A stretch of DNA of 63,591 nt, filler included, from Folioceros fuciformis (taxonomy: Eukaryota), in assembly GCA_049999805.1 (NCBI GenBank). It is 7 parts of 7 records of this genome, joined end to end, with 100 filler letters (N's around TTAATTAATTAA, not from the genome) between each part and the next. Parts side by side here need not be neighbours in the genome. Positions count along the whole stretch, not along the records: positions 17,282 to 44,421 come from JBNGIO010004938.1; 6 more parts are not named here. One strand, given 5' to 3'. Each line of letters starts with the position of its first letter. Within the stretch, counting starts at the first letter, position 1. Shown piece after piece: positions 26,356 to 39,431 of the stretch. The notes under the pieces are model-generated. The model saw only the letters and a program-made list of their open reading frames with translations. It was not told where the DNA came from and did not search any database. Position numbers and translations under genes: made by a program.

Positions 26356-26761
26356 TGAAAGATACTTACAACAAGAGTTTGGCAATCTACACCCCAACTA
26401 GCTATTGTAGTTGACTCTATCAGACAAGCTTGCTTCTCAAGCCCTCCACAACTCTCTCCACAATAGATCACAACTAATGAGAAGCCCTCCACAACTCTCT
26501 CCACAATAGATCACAACTAAGCTCCTTTACACGCTATAAGACAATCATTATCTGTCTCTCTATGTTTGTGTCTCTCAAGACCTTAGCCCTAGCCTTTTGT
26601 ACTTTATAGTTAAGCCATGGCTAAAGCTAGGAATCATATACACTAGTTATCTCCAAAATCCTAGTGGTTATTACAACTCCATCCTTGTGAGGAGCTTTGG
26701 CTTAGGACACAACTTGTTTCCAAAGCATACACACGTCTTCATACTCTAGATTTAGCCTTCA
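26356..26761. mobile_element. Possible solo LTR containing a 39-bp direct repeat
   Basis: TGAAAG...CCTTCA ends; exact repeat at 26439-26477 and 26482-26520; no TSD found. Confidence 0.4.
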
Positions 26762-27007
26762 TCTTTTCTATTTTTACCTTTCATTTTGTTTCACTGGTAC
26801 CCATATTAGAGACTTATTGAAGTATAAAATGTCTTGAGAAATTACAAAAAAAGGAAAAGCAGCTCCCGAGTAAAATATATTTCCCGAGGTTGCCTTGCGC
26901 CCTAAAGAGCAAAGCGGCCGTTTTATTACTCTACGTAGTCGCAGTCTTATCATTGTGTTTGCGTTGGTCTCGTAATCGACTGTAGGCGCACCTGCGGCTT
27001 GTTTGTG

Positions 27008-30000
27008 ATGGCGAGAGCTCTTGGTCGTGTGCTTTCTTCTTTGTCCCCTGTTTCGAAGGGACAGTGTGAGATTGCGTCTCCACCGTTGGAAGCATGTTTT
27101 CTTCCCACAGAAAGTTATCTGGCCTCAGGTGGCAAGTATTGCGCAAAGATGTGTGTGCGCGAAGCCAGTGTAGGCCACACCATGTCTCGTCGGGGGCTTT
27201 CTCTTCTGGGGCTATCTGCGATGTCTTTTCATAAGACTGTCAAAACGCATAAGGGCTCAAGGTCTATATTCTGCCAAGCTGCGGCTGCCGATGCAGAGGG
27301 GAGTGATTCTAGAGGTCTCACAGGGTAAAGAATTCTACCACCTTTTTTTTTGGCTGCTCTGTCCCTTCATCTCTGAGGTGTGCTTGCCTTGTGTAGGTTC
27401 GAAAAGCTCAAATTTGACCTTTGTGCCCGGTATCCAGCACTGGTGACAACCACCCTGTTCTTCATGTGGTATGTAACAAGCGTGCACAGGTTTTTGGCTA
27501 TAGGCCATCGATCTGGAGTTACTGCAAATACGGCTCAGTAGCTAGTGAAGTGTCTGACATGGTTAGTTGGCACTCTCGGGGCGATGACTGCTTACCATCG
27601 TCGAGATCGGGCTTATGTGTGTGTGTAGCAGTGTAGCAAGTAAGTATTCGTTCTTCTTGTTGTGATGCCTGTGCAGGTACGTTCTTAATGTTATTTTCAA
27701 CATCATGAACAAAAAGCTTTACAACTACTTTCCTTATCCTTAGTGAGCGACTCCCGCTTTATGCATTTTCAAATGAAATTGGCGAGTTTGGTATTGCTTG
27801 CACTGAGCTCATACTGACATTCTTCGGTACAGTTTTGTTTCAGTAATACATTTGGTGGTCGGTGTTTCCTATTGTACGGTCTGCTGGGCGTTAGGGATGC
27901 CTAAACGTGCTGTAAGTGTCTAGATTGTCTGAACATGCAGCTTTTCTATCTTCTAGCTAATCTATGTAAAAAGATTAACGTTGCTGTGGTGTTTGTAATG
28001 ATGTGGTGCAGCCTGTGGACAAAGAGCTGTGGTTATTGCTCATGCCGGTATCGTTTTGCCATGCATTGGGTCATGTGATGACAAATGTTTCTTTTGCTGC
28101 AGTTGCAGTATCTTTCACTCATACAGTTAAAGGCAAGGGTGATCCCAGGCTATCGTGCAATTTAAGCTTGTCTGCGCTTTATCTCTAACGAGCTCTTGTA
28201 GACCTAACAAAAACTGTGATGCCCTCTATTTTACTTCCGCAGCTCTAGAGCCTTTTTTCAATGCTGCTGCTTCACAATTTGTTTTGGGTCAACAAATACC
28301 ACTGTCTCTTTGGCTATCATTGGCACCTGTTGTCCTAGGTGAGCATCCCTTTCAAGGTGAAAGTCACTAACTACATTGCATTTGACGCCAATTGGTTCTA
28401 GGTAACCCTCTTGGATGGTTAATGGAGCCTTTAATCCGTTCTCTTTGTTATATAGCTTTGTGGCGAATGTGTATGACTTGTACCCTCTGCTGACACAGGT
28501 GTCTCAATGGCTTCCATGACTGAGTACTCCTTCAATTGGAAGGGTTTCATTAGTGCCATGGCCTCAAACGTTTCTTTCACATATCGTAATATTTACAGTA
28601 AAAAAGCTATGGTAAAATTGAAAGATGTCAGCTTCAGGTTATTCTGTTTTTAATGTGCGCTTTCTGGTCATGGATTAATACTGCACGCTCTGCAGACAGG
28701 GATGGACAGCACCAATGTCTATGCATACATCTCAATATTGGCCATGCTGTTTTGCATTCCACCTGCGGTTGTGGTAAGAACTAACTAGTGAGGAATACTT
28801 GTGGTCCTGTCTTGCCTCTCCTCTTTCTTTTTGTTCGCTTTATTATAATGTTGAAGCTGGGTCATCTTTGTGTTGGTGGATTGTAAGAAAGTCAAAAGGG
28901 GAGTAGAGTTATTTGTTCTCCATTGACGGGTTGAGTGCGAATGCAAGCACTGAAGGTCCCTCTTGGGTGTGGCAGATTGAGGGCCCAAAGTTACTGCAGT
29001 CTGGCTTTGCTGACGCAATTATGAAAGTTGGTGTAGGGAAGTTTCTGTCCGATCTTTTTTGGGTTGGCATGTTCTACCATTTGTACAATCAGGTAACGCA
29101 GCTCGTAAATTTTGATATTGTGCTTGCATTTCTACTCCATCAGTGAAAAGCCAAGTTAGTTGTGTTGTGATGGCAGCTTGCGAATAACACGTTGGAGAGA
29201 GTAGCACCTCTGACACATGCTGTCGGCAATGTTCTCAAACGTGTCTTTGTGATAGCGTTCTCTATCATCGTGTTTGGTATACATGCAACCGAATATCCCA
29301 ATTTCTCTCCTTTCATGGTGCTTTAGCTATTCGATGTGGAGATTTTCTTTCGTTTGTACATTTTGGTGGAATCCTTATTCTGATGAAGAACATCGTAAAA
29401 GCTGTCAGTGTTAGCAGGGCACACATAAGATGGTTTTATCATAGCGGTGTGGACTTCTGTTTGATGGTTGAAGAGCAGGATGTGCTTTGAACTCAAATAA
29501 CTGTGCTGCTGTGTACCTGGCTTGTGTCTTTACCTGGTAATCACTTATCTTAAATCTATTCTTCCCTTATTTTCCTTGCACAGGTAACAAGATTTCGATG
29601 CAAACTGGCGTTGGCACTATCATTGCCATCCTTGGTGTTGCAACCTATTCATTCATCAAGGCTGGGATGGAAGCCTCAAAGCTGTATGTTTGCTGTTCTA
29701 TTTCAGTTTTGCAAACAGTGTCACGTGGAAACGTATTACAGCATGAGTATGAACTTGCAGAAACTAATTGTTGTGGATCGGAAGCGCGCTGGAAGCTATT
29801 TGAGCAGGGTTGCAATGAAACACCCGCATCCCTTGGCATGTTCGCCGTAGTTCGAGGTGAGATATGGGTCCAACAAGTATGTGACCACATTAGACACACT
29901 AGACACACTCACATCGCAGATTGGCTGTTACCTCCAACTTGGTGTTTCTTGAATGAGAGTGAGTTCGCACGTTTTGTTTCCCGCTCTTCCCTGCGTGCAC

Positions 30001-30167
30001 AGTGTACGGACTTTCGCTGGTGGCTCAGGCTCCGTCGTCGTGCCACGTCCCTTTGGTTACGGCAGGGCGTGCCCCGACCCTGGAGTTGGCTGCGGGCATA
30101 GGTGGCCGTGCGGGCACGTATCGAGCTCTCCTTGTACAGGAGAAAACGGGAAGAAATGTGCTCCTAG
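27008..30167 (+). CDS. TPT: Plastid triose-phosphate/phosphate translocator, 12 exons (~428 aa): 27008-27324, 27397-27468, 27677-27742, 27833-27911, 28012-28132, 28243-28338, 28499-28611, 28696-28773, 28976-29092, 29177-29276, 29584-29683, 30140-30167 (last exon tentative)
   Basis: Spliced translation gives a transit-peptide-like N-terminus, then [75 protein letters not shown]. Intron phases are consistent and total length (1287 nt) is divisible by 3. Confidence 0.93.
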
Positions 30168-30689
30168 TTGTGTTTAGGTCGTCCGAGGAATGTCCCTTTG
30201 CGATTTTAAACCCGCTACATTTCAAAGGAATTATCCACATGGTTTTTAAGCAGCAAATGCTAATGGGGTAAGATTTCCGCGGCTGAAAAGCAATGACTGT
30301 CACAGTGTATTGGCTGAAATGTATCACCACTTAGAGGAATGTGTCTGAATTCTGGTTTTTTTTTCCTGCACATGGATTTGATTACAGTTGACCACTTGAT
30401 TTAGGCCTCGTAAGTCGGTAGCTGCAGATGGAAGACAGCTAGTCTCCACACCACTTCACGTTAGCTGGCATAATCAAGATTTGTGGTCCTTAGCGGTCCT
30501 TTATGACAGCCCAAGGCTGAATCTAATGGTGAAAAAGTGATTTTGGTACAAGCTCTTGTACTCCCAATGAAGATGGCCTCAAGTTTCTCTCTTGTAGCAA
30601 TATTGCTGAAAAATTGCGGATAAGAAGTAGGCCTGGCTGGTGAACACTTCGTGGTACACATAAACAAAATTCTAAATAAGTTCCCTTAT

Positions 30690-31275
30690 TTTGAAAACAT
30701 GTGTGATTTATTGTGATGAAAGAATGATGGGAGGGGCCCATCTAGGAGGGTTTAAATCAAAAAGGGACCCGGAGGTCGAGGTGAAGAGGAGCAACTGAGC
30801 TCCCTACCTGAAGTCACCGATTGCACCCACTATGTCGTATGCAGGGAGAATAAACAGCTTGCAAACCACGGGGTAGAGGAAACTGCATCACCTGCTGTCA
30901 CTGCCTTGTGAAGGATCACCGTTGTGAGCGCTCGTTGAAGGGCGATAGAAACCAACTGTTGAAAATATGTTGTGAAGTACGAGAGGGACAGCCCTGCACT
31001 ATGCCTGCGCACATGGTAAGCTTTGGCACAGGACTTGACGAATTTGTCAAAGTCCTCCACCATTGCCCCATACGTTTCTAGTGCAAGTGGGATAAAGAGG
31101 TGGCCCGCTTGCATCCTGCTATATTTGCGGACCTTGAGAGCCGCTGCACGGGCAGTAGCCTAGCCCAAATGGTTGGTGATGACCTGAGCAGAGGTAGTGT
31201 CACGTGCGGGGTTAGTAACCACTACATTTGCCACCACAACCTGGTCACCACAGACAAGGTACATGTCCGCCCTGA
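30690..31275 (-). mobile_element. Non-LTR retrotransposon 3' fragment with restriction-like endonuclease (CRE/R2-type)
   Basis: RADM...NVVVTNP...KVRKY...FIPLALETYG...QQLVSIALQRA with one internal TAG; AATAAA lies downstream at ~30707-30712. Confidence 0.7.
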
Positions 31276-31289
31276 TTAAACGACTTATA

Positions 31290-34200
31290 CGAAGAGTATA
31301 CCCCCGCTCCCTCCAGGCCAAGGACAAGTGGGAGAAGGCGATGTAGTCGCAGATGGATTCGCTCCATAAGAACCAAACTTGGGAGTTGGTTCGGTTGTGT
31401 AAACGTTCTGGATAGAACAGAGACAGCCAGAGCAGAACAAAAATTGATTGAATTAATTAACAAGGGTCTCATATGTCTTTTATATCTAAACCTAATCACG
31501 AACGGTCAAATGTCCAATGATCACATACGGTCTATAAACAATAACCTAAGTGCGTGTGGGTTAACCAATGTACATATGCGTATATATTCTAACACTCCCT
31601 CTTACGCTTCACGAGCCTAAAAAAAACCATGCATTCACATGGTCGGGAACTTGGTACGCGCCATCTACTGAACTCGAGAGCAACGTGGCAAAGCCCTTAA
31701 GATGGCGGTCGTCCTTCCCTTCTCCACCCTGATTGCCATCATCCAACTCACCTGCTTCACAATCATCCAGCTCTTGCTGTGCACCGCCATGTCAACAGCA
31801 AGCGAGATGAGCAGCCTGCAAGCCGAATCTGCGACGAAGGCCAAAGGGGAAGAGGTCTGCTCTTCAGGGGACATTGCCACCACCAACTAGGAAGAGCCCT
31901 AGATTGCACAAGGGCGTCCCTTCCGATGACTGGGACGAGAGTCACACTGTTGCGCAGTCCATAAAGCTTCGAGGGTACGTAGTCAGTATGGAGGGCCGAC
32001 TGCGCTGGGGAAAAATAACTGAGGAGGCTGTAGAGCCGCCTCCGACTCAAGACGAACTTGGAGAGGAGATGAGCTTGGTTGGTCAGCTTCAGGCAGTGGC
32101 AGCGCTGTTGAATCAGATCAAAGAGTCCTCCAAGGTTGTGGCTGAGTGTAGGGCGATTAAATTCACGTGAGGCTTCATCCGCCCTACCTGGCCTTTGATT
32201 CCTGTTCTCCCTCACATTCTAATAGTCTGTTAAAACATGTGCCTGTGGATCTATGTAGGAAGTAAGGGCCTGGCAGTGTTGGAGGCTGGTGACAACTACG
32301 TCAAGCTATAGGACCATCAATCACCAATCAGAAAGCATAGGCTCCCACCCCCACACACCCACCAGATACATACTGTGCACTCTATTTTGCGTCCTTGAGC
32401 ATGTAACCTGTCAGGTCGCAAAGTCCAAGTCCCTCCATATACTAATAATGTCTCGATTTGAGTAGGGCCTTGGTCAACACATTTGCTGTGTTCTCGTCTA
32501 TGTGGACATAATCGACTTTCACAACAGCACGCTCCACCACATCTTTGATATAATGGTGTTGTATCTCTATGTATTTAGTTCGGGCATGAAACCTAGAGTT
32601 TGCAACAAGAGCCAGGGCAAACATATTATCGCACAAAAGAGGAGTTGGCCTCATGTGCTGCTGGCCCAAGTCTGCAACGAAAGTCCTTTCCCACTTTGCC
32701 TCTTTTGAGGCATCAGTCAAGCTTTTGTATTTTGCTTCTGTGGACGAGAGGGCAATAAAGGCTTGCTTTTTACAACTCCAATTGATGGCCGCATTTGCAA
32801 GAAGGAAACAATATGTCGAAAGGCTTTTCCTGCTATCACAGTCAGATGCCCAATCGGCATCAGTGAATTCCTTTAAGGTAAGATGTTCTTGTCCACTGCT
32901 TTTATAGCATAGTCCATAACATTGGGTGCCCTTAAGGTAACGGAACACTCTTTTGGCAGCTACCCAATGCACGCGACCAGGGTTTTCTAGGAATTGGGAG
33001 AGTGTGCTCACAGAGGATTGAATATCTGGACAAGTCCAATTACCTACAAAGATCAGGCTTCCTATTGCATGTCTATAGGGCACATATGCCATTTCCCTTT
33101 TCTCTACCTCAGATTGTGGACATTGCAGGCTTGTGAGTTTAACTCCCATGGCTGAGGGTGTAGTTGTTGGTCGTGCTTGGTCTAGCTTGAACTTAGTCAA
33201 GATATCCTGGATGTATTGGTACTGGTGTATCATTAGAAGCCCCTCAGATCTCACACGAAGTAGCTGGATACCTAGGCAAAATTTCAGTTCTCATATATCC
33301 TTCATTTCGTATTTGTTGCTCAACATGGATTTCACTTCTTCTAATAGTTGTGTGTTGCTGGCAGCTAGGATCACGTCATCGACGTAGAGGGCGAGCACGA
33401 CATATTCCTTGCCTCTTGTGAGCCTATAAACATTGTTGTCGGCTGCACTCTGTTTGAATGATCTGATAAGGAGGTAAACGTGGATGTTCAAGTACCAGAC
33501 TCGGCCACTTTGCTTTAGACCATAGATGGTCTTCAACAGTTTGCACACCTTCTTGGGATGATTTTTATCTTCATAGCCCTTAGGCTGTGTCATATAGAGG
33601 TCCTTGTCTAGTGCTCCATAGAGGTATGCCGTGCACACGTCCATTTGATACAATTCCAGGTTATATTCTACAGATAAAGCTAGAATCATTCTGATTGATT
33701 GTGATCTCACAACAGGAGAGAAGGTTTCTTGGTAGTCTAGTCCCTTGACCTGTGTGAAACCCTTGGCAACAAGTCTTGCCTTGTATCTAGCTATCTCACC
33801 TTTGTCATTCAACTTGAATTTGAATACCCACTTACAAGATGTGGGTTTCCTGTCAGGCGGCAAGTCCACCAATTTCTAGGTATGGTTTTTGACGAGGCTG
33901 TTGAACTCGTCATCAATTGCAAATTTCCATTTGTCTTTTTCAAGGCTTGAAAAAGCCTCTTTTAGCGATTTAGGTTCCAAGTCAATTGTGGTTGATGCAG
34001 CATGTATAGCTTCAGCATAAGATGTGCGGAAATCGATGGACTGGTATCTAGGCTCCTTCCATTCTTCAGGAGGTGGCTTGTGCCTGCTGGAACGTCTTGG
34101 AGGAGGGTCATCCGACGGGAGGGGTTCTTCCTCAATTTTTGGTCCAGCATCCAGCACATCAAGAGCATCAGGTAAACCTCCTGTATCATCAGCCTGTGCT

Positions 34201-37200
34201 GCATCTTCCTGGAAATTCAGATCATGAAAGTTGTCCTCATTGCCAGGAACCGTTTACAACATCGTCTACATAGCCTTGTGCCTGGTTAGTAGGATCCTGT
34301 TCATATGGATGTGGATGGACAGGATCAAGGTTTGCTGGAGCCGATATCACTTGTGCTGGGTTAGGGTCTACGTCGTCTAGGAAGTCAAATTCAGATGTTT
34401 CTTCTTCCAAATTTTCTCCCTCAGCAGCTGAATTGGCTCCCTTAGAATCCAAATGGGAATGAAAACCTGGAGTAGCAGGGCGTGTAGGCTCAATGAAGGT
34501 GACAGGCCTGGCCAGAACAGCTAGCTGTCTGTGAGGTAGGATTGTATAATTTGTACGCCTTGGAGGTTTCACTATATCCAACAAAGATGTGGGCTTGAGC
34601 CCTAGGGTCTAACTTCTGCCTCTTCTCTTCAGGTATAAGTGCAAAAGCAAGGGATCCAAAGACCCGTAAGTGCAGCAAGCTTGGTTTTCTGTTCCACATG
34701 GCTTCAAAAGGTGTCTTCAAAGGGGCGGAGCTGGTAAACAATCTGTTGAGTACATATGTAGCAGCAACAATAGCCTTGGCCCAAAATTGTTGAGGTAATC
34801 CAGCCCAGAGAAGCATGCTACGTGTCATGGATAGGAGGATTTGGTTCTTGTGTTCGGCTACACCATTCTGCTGTGGCGTGTATGGAACAGTCAACTGCCT
34901 CTATACACCATGTTCATGTAAGAATGCATCAAAGGCTGTATTCAAGAATTCTGTGCCATTTTCAGTCCTTAAATACTTGACTGAATTTCTTGTCTAGTGC
35001 TGTACAGTTACAAACCAGTCCTGGAATGTGGCGAAGGAATCACTCTTGAGTTGTAAAGGGTACGTCCAGGTATACCGTGAGTAATCATCTGTGATACTTA
35101 GGTAGTACAAAGCACCGCCTAGTGAAGGTACTTGGATTTTCCTTGAGATATCTGCGTGCAAAAGTTCTAGGACAGCCTTTGCTCTGTATGACGCCAAGTG
35201 TGGAAATGGATGCTGCTTCTGCTTGGCTATGATGCAAGCCTCACAAAAAGGGAGGTCCTTAAAACATCGAGGTAAAGGTTCCTTATGACATTCCTATAGA
35301 GATATATCTACCAACTTGTGGTGGTTCACATGACAGAGGCGAGCATGCCACAAGACTGCTAATTTTTGTGTATCTATGGATGCTAAACCCACTACTTGCT
35401 TATGTGTGAAAATGTCCGGCCTGTACAGATCATTTTCCAGAATGCCTTTTTAGACGTACAAGGATGAGTCAGTATTTCTGTAAAATAGGCATATGTCATC
35501 TGCAGCCTTCATGTGGTAGGTCCTCTGCTGCATTAGTTTGCTCAGGGACAGGAGGTTCTTTGCCATTGATGGCACATACAGCTCATCCTGTAGGGTCAGA
35601 ATTGATCCATCATGAAGACTGAACTTGCAGATACCTTGTCCTTGTATTTGCAAACTGGTCTTGTTTTGTTTGTCACCCAAAAGCACTTTTGATGTGGACT
35701 GGTGTGAATCAAGAGTGAAGAACTGTTTTTTGTCCTTGCATATGTGTGAGGTTGCGCCGGAATCCAAGTACCAGCTCCCTTCCTTTTGCACAGAACGGGC
35801 AAGACATACAATAAGGATCTTCACCGATGGTTTGGTGTCACTTGATTGTCTGTCTTTAATGGTGACATTCGCAGCGCTCTTAGTAGCACNNNNNNNNNNA
35901 GGTTCACCAGATTTCTTCTTCTTACACTCTCGGGCCCAATGACCAGAAATTTCGGACCAGTTACAATTCCCTGGTCTCTTGGAGGATGACGAACCATTGT
36001 CAGGTTTGCCACTTGCTGGAGGTCGTGTTGCCTTGGACTTGTTTTTGTTAGGTCAAAAGCCTGTAGCTAACACCTTTTCTGCTTTGTTCTTAGGTGCACT
36101 AGTAGAATTCAAACGAGACTGCTCCTCTTGGTACAAAGCACCAATCACATCTTCACATGTGATTGTGCTTGCAGAACCTCTAGCAACTCCACTAGGTTTG
36201 ACAGGTCCATTCTGTGTTGTGACGAAAGCTTGATAAGATGGGGGCAAGCTAGAAAGTAACCTTGCCACAGCCTGAGACTAAGGTATCGTTTTGCCAGTCA
36301 GCGAGGTAATCTGTGCTCGTAGTTGACGAAATCGGCTTGTATGTGCCGAGATCTTGTCTCCCTCCCTCATCTTCAATGTGTACAACTCTGTCTGTATGGC
36401 ACAAAGACTCATCATATTTTGACTTTTGTATGTCTTCTCCAACTGATCCCACATGTCAGCAGCGTCTGTGAGATGTTTGACATCCGGCACAAGGTCCACG
36501 TCCAGGCCATTGATTAGGAGAGCAACAACAATGCTGTTGTGCAGGTCCCACTTGGCAATGTCGTCAATTGTCGGCTTGTTTGCTCCAGTGGTAGAAGGGT
36601 TTGGTTTTGTGTAAGTTTTGTCCACAATGTTCCAGACAACTCGCGCCAGCAGGATGACCTTGATGCAAACACGCCAAACAGAATATCGGTTCCCATTGAA
36701 ATGGTCTTTCTCCTTTAGCTCAAAGGTAAAGGTTGGACCAGACATTTTTATGGGTTTGGGATTCGGCTTTGTCTTGGGTCTTATGTTAAACTGACCAAAT
36801 TGTTGAGCTAGTGCATCGATTTGTGCAGTGGACATGCAGATCTAATTGAACACCTGAAAACTACGGCTTCAAGATGATTTAGGTACACCTAAACGTCCTG
36901 TAACATTCATGTTAGCTCATGCATCACGTTTTGATATCAAACTGACCAAGAGTGCAGGGNNNNNNNNNNNNNNNNNNNNNNNNNNNNNNNNNNNNNNNNN
37001 NNNNNNNNNNNNNNNNNNNNNNNNNNNNNNNNNNNNNNNNNNNNNNNNNNNNNNNNNNNGCACGCGGCGGAAAGGACAGAGACTTATCCTAGCCTTCTCT
37101 TGCTAACCTCCTCATCAAAGTGTTATTGGTTTACTTTAACACTTGGCCAAATGTTATGCAGGTTAGTTTAGAGAAAGGAAGGTAATGACGTTTCATTCCT

Positions 37201-39431
37201 TGACCTAGCTGCCATGTCCCGGTCTGCTGAACAGGTGCAACTCTTCTAAAGAACCTATCAACGTGCAAGGGACACAATGCTGTGAAAAGGGCACCAATCT
37301 GGTTGCAGCGCTTCAGATCCTGATGGCCTCTTGTGCTGGTGCAAGGCGCTCCCGCCTTTGTTGTGCAGCGGAAATTTCAGGTTTGCAAGCCATCAGCCGA
37401 GGACAGAATTGGTAGGCTGAATTCTCCCTCGTCTTGGGTTTGCACAATGCTCCCTCATGTTGCAATGTGCAGATCAGACAATTGTTGTGTGATAGAAGCC
37501 ACAAGATTCTTGATTATTTGTAGCTTCGCTTCGAAAATCCAAGGGATTTGATCAGCTGTTCGTGGTTCTGTCTTCAGATCGTCAACTCTGATCTTCAGCA
37601 CTTCTTGGTTTGACAGCAAACGTGACAGAGTCCTCTCCACACGAGCCACGGTGGCCAAGGTCCTGTCAGCAGTACCTTGGCTAGTTTGTGGAATTGAATT
37701 TCTGTCTATTTGCTGATCACGTCGTGTTGCTGTGGTTCTAGGTTGGAAGAGAGACTCGACAAGGGGCAATTCACGTGCTTCATAGCGTAGATTGTGATTC
37801 TGTCCCCTTTGTTGACAACGTGCTTTATATAACCTATCCGTAATTGGATTTCTATGTGCACTTTGAACTCTTAATCTCCCACTAGAATGGGTTTCTGTAA
37901 AACTTCTAAGGCAAATTTCTGGGTAGTTCTGCTCGTATAGGTCTAGCACGGTATTTGGTGGTACAAAGGAATTGGAGACATGTCATCCATGACGATGTCT
38001 CCTTTTTGTGTCTAGATTACGTGCATTCCTAGCAGACGCTCCCTGCCCCTAGGCATTCTGCATGGAAGTTGCTGAGATGCAGAGCATGGGCTCTGATACC
38101 ATGTAAACGTTCGGGATAGAACGAAGACGGCGAGAGCAGAACAAAAATTGATTGAATTAATTAACAACAAGGGTCTCATATGTCTTTTATATTTAAACCT
38201 AATCACGAACGGTCAAATGTCCAATGATCACATACGATCTATAAACAATAACCTAAGCGAGTGTAGGTTAACCAATATGTACGTATGCGTATGTATTCTA
38301 ACAGGTTGCCTAAGGACAAGAAGGCATTGCCATGCAAATGGGTGTATAAGATGAAGGACATACCCCATTATGGCAAACCCAAGCACAAGGCACGATTGAT
38401 TGCTAAGGATTTAAGCAAAAGCAAGGTATTGACTTTGATGAGATTTTCTCACCGGTTGTCAAAATGACCACATTGCGATGTGTTCTTGGTTTGGTTGCAA
38501 GGCACGACATAGAACTCGTCCAGATGGATGTGAAGTCGGCATTTCTATATGGTGATCTCCAGGAAGAGGTATACATGTAGCAACTAGAGGGTTTCATTGA
38601 GAAAGACAAAGAGAATCTGGTGTGCAGGTTAAAGAAGAGCCTTCATGGTTTGAAGCAGGCACCCAAGGAGTGGTATTTCAAGTTCCACTCATTTATGCTT
38701 TTTCAAGGCTACAAACGTAGCGATGAGGATCATTGCCTCTATACGAAGCAAGCTAAGGATGGAAGCTTGCTCATTTTGGTCCTCTATGTGGATGATATGC
38801 TAATAGTGATGAGATTTTAGCGTTAAAGTCAAAGTTGAATGCTCGCTTTAACATGAAAGACTTGTGAGAAGCAAGTCATATTCTTGGCATGCGTATTTGT
38901 CAAGACTGACAGAAGCGTTTGCTTTACCTGTCTCAGACTAAATACATTTACAAGGTGCTTCAACGTTTCAATATGGAAAAGGGGAAGGTATTGAGTACTC
39001 CATTGCCTTCATATGTGAAACTTTCAAGCAAGGATTGCCCAAGGTCTGCGAAGGACAAAGCTGAAATGGAGAAGGTTCCATACTCATTAGCTGTAGGGAG
39101 TTTGATGTATACAATGATTGCTACACGTCATGACATTGCCTTTGCAGTGGGAGTGGTTAGCAGGTTTATGTCAAACCCTGACAAGAAGCATTAGGAGGCA
39201 GTGAAAGGAGTTATGAGGTACTTGAATGGTACAAAAGCTTTGTGCTTATGTTTTGGTAGTGAAGATGCATCTGTAGTGGGATATACAGATGCTGATTATG
39301 GAGGGGATATGGACAAAAGGAGGTTCACATCAAGTTATGTCTTCATGTGCACTGGAGGGGCAGTCTCATGGTGATCTTGTTTGCAATCGTACATAACGCT
39401 ATCTACCATAGAGGCCGAGTATGTTGCAGCG
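31290..39431 (+). mobile_element. Older Copia RT-RNase H fragment split by the 31398-38303 insertion
   Basis: KNQTWELVRL (to 31397) continues as PKDKKALPCKWVYK (from 38309). Also [21 protein letters not shown]; many stops. Confidence 0.9.
31398..38303 (-). mobile_element. Full-length Copia element with both LTRs and 5-bp TSD (coding region degenerate)
   Basis: LTRs 31398-31594 and 38102-38303 (TG..CA, ~12 substitutions and 2 indels by eye); TSD GGTTG; PBS-Met 38090-38101; PPT 31595-31603; gag-PR-INT-RT-RH at 36835-32442. Confidence 0.96.

Noticed and set aside
28945-28970. TEGP resembling the start of exon 9 (IEGP), suggesting a duplicated exon
   Set aside because: Too short and lacks a proper acceptor; likely chance.
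29598-30101. 167-aa ORF extending the TPT C-terminus
   Set aside because: Similarity ends at a GTATGT donor (29684); the rest is best read as intron read-through.
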